Source: an archaeon (GTDB lineage: Archaea > Nanobdellota > Nanobdellia > Woesearchaeales > UBA9642). From it: a DNA stretch of 24,937 nt. A program made the translations under genes and the position numbers. Positions 1 to 8,697 of this stretch are shown here, one piece after another. The DNA lies in contig JAZDHK010000034.1 of the NCBI GenBank assembly GCA_043806035.1, positions 1 to 24,937 on the forward strand. Direction: 5' to 3'. Each line of letters starts with the position of its first letter. Position 1 is the stretch's first letter. The notes under the pieces are model-generated. The model had not been told where the DNA came from, searched no databases, and saw only the letters and a program-made list of their open reading frames with translations.

Positions 1-90
1 CATGGCGTAGTCGTCATCGACGACCGACAACAAAAACTGAAAGTCTTTACCGCCGACGTGGATGCGACAAGCCCTCCGCAGAGGGCTTGA
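1..90 (+). CDS. 3' end of a CDS entering the window (partial)
   Basis: Frame 1 is open from base 1 (HGVVVIDDRQQKLKVFTADVDATSPPQRA) to TGA at 88-90, followed by a hairpin and a T-tract. Confidence 0.45.
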   Translation, partial: HGVVVIDDRQQKLKVFTADVDATSPPQRA

Positions 91-153
91 CGAGGAAGGA
101 GGCGGAACGGGGTCATAGGGGGTCGCAACCCCCTATCTCACTACACTTTTTTT
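68..153 (+). terminator. Twin 9-bp hairpins with identical CGCA loops, followed by T7; possible terminator or structured element
   Basis: CAAGCCCTC-cgca-GAGGGCTTG (68-89), ATAGGGGGT-cgca-ACCCCCTAT (115-136), T-tract 147-153. Confidence 0.55.
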
Positions 154-163
154 GGAGGAATGT

Positions 164-793
164 ATGTCACGAATGAATATTGCTGCACTGGTTGTTGCAT
201 TAGGCGCATTAGGTCTTTCTGCAATGAACACCGTGCAATTGCATCGGCTGAAAGAACACGACAACGGCGTCAAAGGAGAGCTCAGCGTGCAGACAGACAT
301 TAATCTCGACTCGCTGAGAAGCATCGTGGGAAAGGCGCACTTCAGGTCTGACCAGCAAGAGGACATGGCGAAGAACGGCTTCGAGTATGAATTCATGGTT
401 CAGAGCGAAGGGAGAAGGACGTTATACGTTTCTTCTGTTGATTGCCTGCCTTCTCATTGCGAACAGTCACTTAACATCTACACGTGGGAAGGATATGCCA
501 TGGTATCTTCAATCCACCTGGCCGATGAAGACCGTGATGGGCTGCTGGACCGTATTAGCCTATCTGATTTGAGGAATAATACATCCATCGTGTTAAGTAA
601 AGGAATACCCTCGCTCTTTTCTCGAGCATCCTGGGACGTGCAAGGAACAACACCTGCCGTTGCGGATTCCCTCAGGGCACTCTACTCGGCATTCTATCTG
701 CAATTCAACCACAATCATGACATTGGGCGAAGAATACAGGAATACTCGCCTCAATTGAACATCAGTTATGACTACAACCTTCCGACAGAATAG
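164..793 (+). CDS. Secreted or membrane-anchored hypothetical protein with a DxDxDG Ca-binding-like motif
   Basis: GGAGG at 154-158 precedes ATG 164; hydrophobic N-terminus IAALVVALGALGLSAM; DEDRDGLLD motif. Confidence 0.75.
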   Translation: MSRMNIAALVVALGALGLSAMNTVQLHRLKEHDNGVKGELSVQTDINLDSLRSIVGKAHFRSDQQEDMAKNGFEYEFMVQSEGRRTLYVSSVDCLPSHCEQSLNIYTWEGYAMVSSIHLADEDRDGLLDRISLSDLRNNTSIVLSKGIPSLFSRASWDVQGTTPAVADSLRALYSAFYLQFNHNHDIGRRIQEYSPQLNISYDYNLPTE

Positions 794-1592
794 TTGCTGT
801 CCGGTGTAGTTCTTCTAGCGCTTTGCTCGCCTGGCACGCATACCTCTCCGCTTTCTCAAAATTCAGCACGTCATCTCCGTACTCGGCAGAAAGCTTATCC
901 CTGATGCCACCCTCAGTGTCGATGCAGAAGTCAGTAGTGCCTATTCTCTGATAGATTTCCTTGACTCTGGAGAACGTGTTCTTGTCAGAAAAACCGCCGG
1001 CAAAGCCGACCATGGCGCCAGGTAGTGCTTCGCGTATTGCCCAGTAGAGTTCCACGCTCCTGCGCATGTTGAATTCCTCACCCTTTCCCCCTGACGGGTC
1101 GATGAGGACATAACTCACAAGCCCAGCATAATCCTGCATTCGTCTGCTGATTTCTTTCGTCTTTCCTTCCAGCACGCTCCGTGAAAGCTGCAAGACGATC
1201 TCAATATCAGGAAAATCATGGAAGATACGACATGTTTGCTGGAGCGGCGGCCAGGGAATGTTGAGCTGAAGGGCTCTGCATGTGCTGTTCGTGTACACAT
1301 CATCCATGAGCTGCTCGACCTGGTCGGCAAGCGTGCTGAGTTCTCTGCTGTTGTAGTGGAGCATGGCCAGAGCCTTGTTGCCTATGGCCGCCGTAAGTTG
1401 AGGAATGCTAGGTATGGCAGGATATCTTCTGTTGTTCGTGTGCTGCCCGTGCAATGTCTTGTATGATGCAAGAATGCCGATCATGGGAATGTGTCTGCTT
1501 TGCATGGTTATTCCCTGGTCGTCAAATAGTGAGAGCAGCTCCTCAATCTCAGCAGGAGTTGTCGCCCCAGTTATTCCTATGTATGGTTTCAT
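762..1592 (-). CDS. TrpF (phosphoribosylanthranilate isomerase)-like TIM-barrel protein
   Basis: Real start MKPYIGITG at 1592, just after the upstream stop at 1595. The motifs IGITG, LQL, VLIDPSGGKG, GFAGG and IDTEGGIR parallel TrpF KICG / LLDS..GG.G / LAGGL / VDVSSGVE. Confidence 0.65.
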   Translation of the reverse strand: MKPYIGITGATTPAEIEELLSLFDDQGITMQSRHIPMIGILASYKTLHGQHTNNRRYPAIPSIPQLTAAIGNKALAMLHYNSRELSTLADQVEQLMDDVYTNSTCRALQLNIPWPPLQQTCRIFHDFPDIEIVLQLSRSVLEGKTKEISRRMQDYAGLVSYVLIDPSGGKGEEFNMRRSVELYWAIREALPGAMVGFAGGFSDKNTFSRVKEIYQRIGTTDFCIDTEGGIRDKLSAEYGDDVLNFEKAERYACQASKALEELHRTATILSEGCSHN

Positions 1593-1594
1593 GC

Positions 1595-1984
1595 TCACCC
1601 GAATATTTTTCCCATGACATAATAGCCAATGACGTAACCGATGGCGGTCTGGATTCCCCCAACGACCGCACCGTATCCGAAGCCGAGACCTCCTCCCACT
1701 ACTGTTCCTGCGGCTCCTCCTTTTGCAAAGCCGCTGAGTGGGTTTTTGCTGCCTGCGCCGATGATACTTCCTGTCAGGCCTCCGCCAATCGCTCCTTTGA
1801 TGCCGCTCACTCCACCGCGTACGAGTGCTGGGCCGTACGTGAGCCACCACTCCGTGTTTTCTTGAGAAAAAGGAATGCCTTGCGCGTCACAATAGCCGTG
1901 ATAGGCGCCTGCACCAAGAGAGGCAAGACTGAGGACGATGTTTGTTAAAGAACGATGTTTGACAATGACTTTTGTTTCACCCAT
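1595..1984 (-). CDS. Glycine-rich (glycine-zipper) membrane protein
   Basis: 129 aa with repeated GxxxG motifs in hydrophobic stretches; abuts the downstream gene. Confidence 0.75.
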   Translation of the reverse strand: MGETKVIVKHRSLTNIVLSLASLGAGAYHGYCDAQGIPFSQENTEWWLTYGPALVRGGVSGIKGAIGGGLTGSIIGAGSKNPLSGFAKGGAAGTVVGGGLGFGYGAVVGGIQTAIGYVIGYYVMGKIFG

Positions 1985-2057
1985 GCACGATCACCCCTGC
2001 AAGAAAAATACCCTGTACTATAAAAGCCTTTCTAAAATGTCCATTCTTGAGTGAGAA

Positions 2058-2582
2058 CTACTTGATGTTCCATCCCTGTTCTGTCCTCTCGAGCATCCCC
2101 CGTTTTTTGTGCACCATCTGGTGGTGGTTAGGGCAGAGTATGATGACCTCGTCCGGCTGTTTCCTCAGCAGCTTGGCAAGCTTTGCAGGAGTATCCTTGC
2201 CCTTGAGCGCATGGAATTCGACGATTGCAGAGAACCCGCAGATGACGCATTTCCCTTTCGCAGTCTTCTTGAGCAGGATCTTGTCCTTCCTTTTCCTTGT
2301 CTTCTCGAGGGCTGCTCGTTGGCACGCCTCGCTGCAGTACTTCCAATTTTTCCTCTTCGTGTGGAAGACTGCCTTGCAGTGCTTGCATTTCTTCTCGATG
2401 AGCAACTTGTTCCCGAAGAGGTCGCACGCCCTATTCCAGCTGCCGAATCGCTCTCTGTAGACGGTGATGGAGGGATAGCCTGCTGCCTTGTTCATGTCCT
2501 CTTCTCGTGGCATTCTGCCTATCTTGTCCTGCAATTTCCTGAAGTAGAACGCCAATTGCTCTTTCGTGTAATGACGCTTCAC
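2058..2582 (-). CDS. HNH-endonuclease-like protein with an N-terminal homing-endonuclease-associated repeat and a zinc finger
   Basis: YTKEQL..IGRMP..YPSITVYRERFGSWNRA repeat motif; CKHC..YCSEAC; CVICG..FH..LCPNHHQMVH. The GTG start at 2582 has a GGGGTG SD and TTTAAATA upstream (the ORF track starts at 2636). Confidence 0.75.
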   Translation of the reverse strand: MKRHYTKEQLAFYFRKLQDKIGRMPREEDMNKAAGYPSITVYRERFGSWNRACDLFGNKLLIEKKCKHCKAVFHTKRKNWKYCSEACQRAALEKTRKRKDKILLKKTAKGKCVICGFSAIVEFHALKGKDTPAKLAKLLRKQPDEVIILCPNHHQMVHKKRGMLERTEQGWNIK

Positions 2583-2626
2583 GCTACACCCCAACAGCAT
2601 TTCTTGAGAAGGAGAAGTATTTAAAG

Positions 2627-3652
2627 CTATCGCCACGTCACGACAACGTCATCAGTCCTTTCGTACGGGTTAATGTCTGCTTTCTCTGCAGTAACGAAAA
2701 TTCCTGCCTTGAACATCACTAGCCCAGTCCAGGCAATCATGGCTGCGTTGTCGACAAGAAATTCATTGTCGGGAACATGACCTGTTGCATTCCTTGCCTC
2801 GCACATAAGCTTCGCCATTTCTTTCAGACGGGTATTGCACGCAACCCCTCCCCCCAATATTAATTCATTCTTTTGGCAGTGCGCCATTGCCCGCTCTGAC
2901 ACTTCGAGCAGCATAGCAAATGCAGTCTCTTGCGCGCTATAGCAGAGCTGCTCGGGCGTGTATGCCTTCTCTGCAATCTTTCTTTTGAGATTCGTGAACA
3001 TGCCGCCGAATGAGACATCCATGCCCTTGACGGAATAAGGAAGAGGAACGTACGGGAGTTTTTGCTCGACGGCTTTTTCTGCATACTGCTGTATGGTTGG
3101 CCCTGCAGGAAAGCCCATCCCTAAAAGTCTGCCGAAACTATCCAGGAAATTGCCTATTCCCATATCGAGCGTCTCTCCGAATATGCGATACTTGCCAGCG
3201 TCGTATGCTATTACTTGCGTGTTCGCACCCGACGCATACAGCAAGACAGGATCTTTTGCAGGCGTGACCAGTCTCGCTATTTCCAGATGGGCGATGCAGT
3301 GATTGACAGGAACAAGAGGCTTGTTGGTGATAACAGATAGGTATCGTGCGACAAACCCGCCTACACGCAACGCATTGCCTATGCCTGGGGCGTTGGAAAA
3401 TGCGATGCAATCAATATCATGAACGGTGAGATTTTTCTTCAGCACCTCACTTGCCACATCCAGTGCCTGCCGCAGTACTTTCTGGGAAACAGCGACGTGA
3501 TGGTCCGCAAGCTCTGAGGGGATCATGCCTCCTTGCTCCGTCTTGTACACGTCCTTGACATTGCAGAGAATCGCGTCCTTCCCTTGCCTAGTGCCATCTA
3601 CCAGGCTTATGCCGAACGTGTGCGCTGTCGTTTCGATGCCGAGGCAAAGCAT
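2627..3652 (-). CDS. kae1: tRNA N6-threonylcarbamoyladenosine (t6A) synthase Kae1, KEOPS complex, not fused to Bud32
   Basis: MLCLGIETTAHTFG start; HCIAHLEI metal-binding His pair; LYASGANTQ; GETLDMGIGNFLD; LPYSVKGMD; GGVACN; DNAAMIAW. TATA box upstream of 3652. Confidence 0.96.
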   Translation of the reverse strand: MLCLGIETTAHTFGISLVDGTRQGKDAILCNVKDVYKTEQGGMIPSELADHHVAVSQKVLRQALDVASEVLKKNLTVHDIDCIAFSNAPGIGNALRVGGFVARYLSVITNKPLVPVNHCIAHLEIARLVTPAKDPVLLYASGANTQVIAYDAGKYRIFGETLDMGIGNFLDSFGRLLGMGFPAGPTIQQYAEKAVEQKLPYVPLPYSVKGMDVSFGGMFTNLKRKIAEKAYTPEQLCYSAQETAFAMLLEVSERAMAHCQKNELILGGGVACNTRLKEMAKLMCEARNATGHVPDNEFLVDNAAMIAWTGLVMFKAGIFVTAEKADINPYERTDDVVVTWR

Positions 3653-3908
3653 GTCCTGGAGAGATTGTGCGTATTTATAAAATGTGTGCGCAGCATATCG
3701 TGGGCATGTTGTTGGCTTGTTTTTGGAAAGCATGTGTTTTGCTTATTTTGGATGGAATATTTTTTCTTAATCATTCGGTGATGAAAAGGAATATTTTTCT
3801 AGAACCACTATTGAATGGTTACAAAATAGATATGTTTTTAAATGCGGGTGCATTTCCCTCCTTACAACGATGCACGTATGTGCATTCATAGTGAAGGAGG
3901 AGTGAATC

Positions 3909-4133
3909 ATGACTACAAGAGCAAGTGGATTGGAAAAGACAGTGGGTGGCATGTACAATACATTGCCTAAGCCCCTGAAGCATGCAACGAATGCAGGACT
4001 CTATGGCGCTGCGGGTGCAGTGATATGTGGTCTTCTGCCCATTGTTACCGTGCCTATTGGCCTGATTGCTGGTGTTGGATTGTATGGTTACAAGACCTAT
4101 TCCAAATACAAGTCCAACAAGTCAAGGAAGTAA
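3909..4133 (+). CDS. Small two-TM membrane protein (paralog of 14279-14521)
   Basis: GGAGGAGTGA SD; hydrophobic Gly-rich helices with a basic tail; followed by a terminator. Confidence 0.8.
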   Translation: MTTRASGLEKTVGGMYNTLPKPLKHATNAGLYGAAGAVICGLLPIVTVPIGLIAGVGLYGYKTYSKYKSNKSRK

Positions 4134-4147
4134 GTTGCGCAAGATCT

Positions 4148-4202
4148 GCTGAGTAGTTGATGCTCAGTTATTTTTTTTTCTTTTCTTGTTCTGTTTTTTT
4201 TA
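4148..4202 (+). terminator. Hairpin plus poly-T terminator
   Basis: CTGAG..CTCAG stem (4149-4167) followed by long T-tracts. Confidence 0.65.
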
Positions 4203-4277
4203 TTGTTCTATCTGTGTGTTTGTCAAAGCGGACTGTTTCTGCAGTATGTTCTGGAATGATCCTTCCGTAGTATCTTG

Positions 4278-4293
4278 CCGAAACATTTAAATA
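4278..4293 (+). promoter_or_regulatory. Archaeal BRE/TATA promoter of the six-gene operon
   Basis: CCGAAACATTTAAATA; identical to 19145-19160. Confidence 0.65.
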
Positions 4294-4386
4294 TACTAGA
4301 TAATTCCTCTAAAGTAGTAACTTGATTATGTCATCATTATCGAGTTACAAATGTGGGTAATAGGATATTGTGAAGGAGGAAGGAAT

Positions 4387-5190
4387 ATGGCCTTATCGTT
4401 GAAAGATAAACTTACAGCAGGCAGAGCAGTCCTTAAGAAGAAAGTCACGGAAGCAAAAAGCAGTGCTGACAAGAGCATCACCGTCCAGACAGTCTTGGGT
4501 GCGGCTGACGGAGCATTCAGTGCATTGAAAAGAAAAGTAACTGATTATTCTGAACAAGCAACGGACTATCTCGAGACAAAAGCTGCAGAGGGCAGCGGTA
4601 TTGCACAGGCCGTCCTTGCAGGAAAGCAGCGAGTGGAAGCATTCACCACTGACATCAGGGAACGCTACCAAATCCTGCTCAATGAAACCAGTCCGTTGCG
4701 CATTCTCGTGCCAGGCTATGACGATATTGCAGCATTGCTCGATCAGGAACAGAAGACTGAGAGTGAGCAATCATACACGAAGAACCAGGACGGTCTCATC
4801 CTGCGCCTTGAAAAGACCATGAAGAAAGGAATGCTCGTGAACGGCGGCAGACTGCAGATTACTACAGAAAAGGAAACCGAAAACTTCGTAACGGCCTGTA
4901 ACGTAAGCATGAATTACTTGCCAAGACACGACAGGGACTATGTCTCGCTCTTTCACGCGCTTGCCAAGAATGCATTGACAGTCGTCCAGGATGAGTTCGG
5001 CATGGACGTCCAGCAAAAGACAACGACAGCGACATCCTATGCTGGACAGCGGTCAACGTTCATTCTCGTCGAGGACGTTCAATATCCGTACAAGCTCGAG
5101 ACGAATTTTGAGAACAGCGAATTCAAGATTGCCTACACGCCGAAAGGCGAAGGCATGACCTTTACAATAACAGGACAGGTGAAAGCATGA
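4387..5190 (+). CDS. Hypothetical protein with an amphipathic helical N-terminal half (operon gene 1)
   Basis: GGAGG SD before ATG 4387; ATGA overlap with the next gene. Confidence 0.8.
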   Translation: MALSLKDKLTAGRAVLKKKVTEAKSSADKSITVQTVLGAADGAFSALKRKVTDYSEQATDYLETKAAEGSGIAQAVLAGKQRVEAFTTDIRERYQILLNETSPLRILVPGYDDIAALLDQEQKTESEQSYTKNQDGLILRLEKTMKKGMLVNGGRLQITTEKETENFVTACNVSMNYLPRHDRDYVSLFHALAKNALTVVQDEFGMDVQQKTTTATSYAGQRSTFILVEDVQYPYKLETNFENSEFKIAYTPKGEGMTFTITGQVKA

Positions 5191-6437
5191 GCAAAGAAAA
5201 AGACGAGAAAACATTGGCAGTCTACACGCCTATAGGGTCGAAAACCACTCTCCAGCGTATGCAGAACTATGATCAAGTGAAAGAATCACAACATAACGTC
5301 GAGGAACGGATGGATCTCCTTCAGGAAGCACTCACCATCAGAGAACAAGAGGCAGTCCATGCAGCATACGGAAACATACCCCCACTCGTCACTTTTGGGA
5401 CAGGACTCGTTACGCTGAATAAGGACAAGATGCGCGTCGGATGGAAGCTTATGCGCGGCAAAGGCATAGCACTGAGTGACATCCTCCGCGACCAGTACAG
5501 AAACCTCGTCGAGAAGGCAGACAATCTTACTGATGAAGTGACAAAAAAAGACGAGCAGAAAAGAGAAATAAACGGCAAAATCAACACACTCTATACGGAC
5601 AGGGGGACGATATACAAAGGCATGGGTGCACTTAATGATGCGCTAGAAACGTGCCAACAGGAACTGGATACACTGCGTGCCCAGAAAGCTGAGGAAGACG
5701 CAAAAGAAGTCGCTGACTTTGGTGTCATCCACCAGTACGAAGAGGATATACGCAATAAAGAGCAAGAGTTCGTCCAACACCAGATTGAACGGGAAGTCAA
5801 GATTGCCGACGCCAACACCAAGGGAGAGACCATAGAGATCCTCACCGTGTTCGAAAAGCAGATTGATGCGCAACGACCTCTGCTCTACGGTCTGCAGAAA
5901 CGGGCGCAAGCAAGAGTGGAGCAAGCGGACACCATCATCGAGATTGAGGCAAGGAACCTCAACACGGCAGAGGCAGTCATTGCATTCACGACAGAATTCA
6001 GGCAGACGCGTGAAGTGCTCGGCTTCGCAGGAAAAGTGAACGCCTACTTCAACCAGAACCTGGACAGGGTACTTGACTACGTGAGCAATACGCCCATCGT
6101 TGATGAGAAGGATCTTGCCATCCGCGTGCAGAGCATAGGCACGATGCGAGAAGCAGCAAAGAATTACCTGACTGGCTGCAGTACGGAAGGGCAACTGCTC
6201 CTGCACGAATGCTACGAACGACTAGCCTTGCCGTTTGGCGCTTCAGAAGAGGAAATCGATGCGCGATGTGCCGTCATTGAACGGAACTCGAATGAAGAAA
6301 GGAAGATTGAAGCACGGCTTGCGGTAGGAACACTGCGTTCATTGAACAGTCTTGCAAAAGGCCAAGACGACCTCTTACGAACGGAATACAAGGCGTTGAC
6401 GGCAGGAAAACCAGCAGAAGAAGATGCAGCGGAGTGA
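5187..6437 (+). CDS. Long coiled-coil protein with a C-terminal degenerate J-domain-like segment (operon gene 2)
   Basis: E/K/Q-rich heptad pattern across the middle; CYERLALPFGASEEEI near the C-terminus with no HPD motif. Confidence 0.8.
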   Translation: MSKEKDEKTLAVYTPIGSKTTLQRMQNYDQVKESQHNVEERMDLLQEALTIREQEAVHAAYGNIPPLVTFGTGLVTLNKDKMRVGWKLMRGKGIALSDILRDQYRNLVEKADNLTDEVTKKDEQKREINGKINTLYTDRGTIYKGMGALNDALETCQQELDTLRAQKAEEDAKEVADFGVIHQYEEDIRNKEQEFVQHQIEREVKIADANTKGETIEILTVFEKQIDAQRPLLYGLQKRAQARVEQADTIIEIEARNLNTAEAVIAFTTEFRQTREVLGFAGKVNAYFNQNLDRVLDYVSNTPIVDEKDLAIRVQSIGTMREAAKNYLTGCSTEGQLLLHECYERLALPFGASEEEIDARCAVIERNSNEERKIEARLAVGTLRSLNSLAKGQDDLLRTEYKALTAGKPAEEDAAE

Positions 6438-7396
6438 CCATGTCCATCCTGAAGTTCTCTTCAGCAGAGAGGACGACATACCTCACTGCACTGCATAGCT
6501 GTCTCGTCCGTCTCGTACAAGTTATGAAGGAAGACAGCACCAGTCCTACGAGTACTGCATTTCACACGACATTTGCGGATCTCATCGGCCTGTACATGTC
6601 TGATACGACAGGAGTGCTTCCTGACTGTACGGTTAGTGCACGCTCAGGACTGCCCATGCTCTCGAAGCTTCTTTCCATAGCTCATGACCAGAGGAATCTG
6701 CTCCGTCAGATTACCTGGCGGGAAAAGAAAGACATTGCAGAAGATGTGCTTACGGCATTCTACCGACAGAGTAATGTGGACTTGTTCATGAACGAGTTCA
6801 GGAAGGCACACTATTATGAACGCTTGAAGGACATTAGCGAGTTCGACGAACAAGCGTTCTGCGAAGACATACAGGGCAATGCCATTATTGAAAAACAGGC
6901 AATCCAATACGCAGGATATCCCCTTGCGGAGATGAGCTGCATCAGCGTGCGTGCAGAATTTTATCGTGCCAAGACTATCCTGGAGCTTGCAGCGGCAAAG
7001 CCCCCTCTTGAGATGGTGCGCAGATATGCGGGCATGCCGGTGGAAGCGCTCTATCCTATGCTGGTCGACAAGCAATTCTTGTGCGGGCAGCTGGAAAAGA
7101 CAGAACTGATCTTCTATTTTGTGCAGAAAGAAGCCATCGTAGAAAACACGCCTGATGAGATACGCCATGTGCTCGCTGCGTATCCAGATGCGCACATCCT
7201 GCTCCAGAAGAGATCCATGCTGCAGAACCTCGATGTGCTCGTTGCAGAAAACCATCTGGAGCTGCACGATGCGCAAATCGAGAATCTCGAGCACGAAGTC
7301 ACGAATCTTTACTTTTGTATAGGCATCGATGATGCGAACTGGGAAGGAAATGAACTGCAACGGCGAGGAGAACTATGCAAAGTCTACAAGGCATGA
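6434..7396 (+). CDS. Hypothetical protein (operon gene 3)
   Basis: 320-aa ORF with a GTGA overlap upstream (alternative ATG at 6440) and an ATGA overlap downstream. Confidence 0.8.
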   Translation: MTMSILKFSSAERTTYLTALHSCLVRLVQVMKEDSTSPTSTAFHTTFADLIGLYMSDTTGVLPDCTVSARSGLPMLSKLLSIAHDQRNLLRQITWREKKDIAEDVLTAFYRQSNVDLFMNEFRKAHYYERLKDISEFDEQAFCEDIQGNAIIEKQAIQYAGYPLAEMSCISVRAEFYRAKTILELAAAKPPLEMVRRYAGMPVEALYPMLVDKQFLCGQLEKTELIFYFVQKEAIVENTPDEIRHVLAAYPDAHILLQKRSMLQNLDVLVAENHLELHDAQIENLEHEVTNLYFCIGIDDANWEGNELQRRGELCKVYKA

Positions 7397-8697
7397 CCTA
7401 TGCACATCCTGAAGAAAAGAAGGAATTGTACAGGCAGACACTTGCAGCGCTGCTCGATACGCAGCCGTTCGTCGCATCCTATCCGACATCGACGGACTGC
7501 CAACAGCACGATGTATTCGGCATGCCTCCCGACATGCACCCGCCATCACATGCACTGCTGGTATCGCGTAAACAACTACAGGATATCATCACGCGCAAGC
7601 CGAACACGGCAATCTCCTTTTTTGGAGAGATGCTTCACGAGCTTTGCGTGAAGAACCAACGGCTGCTCAATCTCGTGCTCGACACGGACATCGTTGTCGC
7701 CTCCTGCTCTGCATACGCAAAAAGCCAGAAAAATGACCCTTCTGCAATCGATGTGCTTGCTCTCATTGAAGGGCACTATCAGCCCTTGGCTCAGACACCA
7801 GTAACGAAGGACGTGGACTGGGAACTGTCCTGTGCGCTCTCCAGCCCGACGCTGGACACGATGCGGCTCGTGCTTGCAGGCGAGGAAAAAATCAGGGCAG
7901 AGCCAGATGCGCTTCTCAGAAACCTCGTGGGTGAATTGCAGGCAAGCTATGCCCCGCTCTTTGCACGATTTGGTGACATCAGGGCATATGAGCCTTTGCT
8001 TGAACTGAACAATACAACTCCAGAACCATTCACCTACGCGCTTCCTGGACAAACCTACGTGGTTGTGCCCCATGAAGGATTCTTTGTTGTAACGCTCATA
8101 GAAACTGAACAAGAGCTGTCATATCCATTCCTCTCAACAAAAGAGGGAAAAACCATCGTGGATAGAATGTTCGATGCAGGCTATTTGCGCGTCAACATAC
8201 CTTTTTGCGAAAAGAACATCCATGCGGTTGAGAAACGGGAAATCATGCACTTTTCCTCAACACGTGAAAAAGAAATCCTGCCCGAGGACAAGGAATACAT
8301 TGCACGGCTGAAACAGAAGCAGCCCACCAGCACGTTCGAGCATATACGATTCATACGAAAATACCTCCAAAAATCGCTTGCCGACAATAAGGACTGGACT
8401 GAACTCAGGGATGTCATGTACGATGGAAAGAAGGTCCGTTACTTCCCCCTTTCCTTAGAACTACTATTCGTGGAAAGCATAGGACATCCTGCAGTGAACG
8501 CAATAGTGGAAAGCCTGCACGCGTACGATCCGTTCCTGCACCAACAGAACGATCCTGAAGGGTTCATAGAAGCGTACAAGGACAGCAATTGGACGGAGAG
8601 AAGCAACAGGGCATTCTATCTGAGAACGATGATGCGGGCGGGCAAGCACCTCGCGCCTGAAGTCCATGGCTTCCTCAAGAAGGAGGGACGACTATGA
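7393..8697 (+). CDS. Hypothetical protein, possibly a distant DUF6638-like protein (operon gene 4)
   Basis: ATGA overlaps at both ends. The family resemblance is from memory only and unverified. Confidence 0.75.
   Translation: MTYAHPEEKKELYRQTLAALLDTQPFVASYPTSTDCQQHDVFGMPPDMHPPSHALLVSRKQLQDIITRKPNTAISFFGEMLHELCVKNQRLLNLVLDTDIVVASCSAYAKSQKNDPSAIDVLALIEGHYQPLAQTPVTKDVDWELSCALSSPTLDTMRLVLAGEEKIRAEPDALLRNLVGELQASYAPLFARFGDIRAYEPLLELNNTTPEPFTYALPGQTYVVVPHEGFFVVTLIETEQELSYPFLSTKEGKTIVDRMFDAGYLRVNIPFCEKNIHAVEKREIMHFSSTREKEILPEDKEYIARLKQKQPTSTFEHIRFIRKYLQKSLADNKDWTELRDVMYDGKKVRYFPLSLELLFVESIGHPAVNAIVESLHAYDPFLHQQNDPEGFIEAYKDSNWTERSNRAFYLRTMMRAGKHLAPEVHGFLKKEGRL

Noticed and set aside
1593-1850. Arg-rich N-terminal extension of ORF 762-1850
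   Set aside because: It is an alternate frame of the Gly-rich gene 1595-1984; the real start is 1592.
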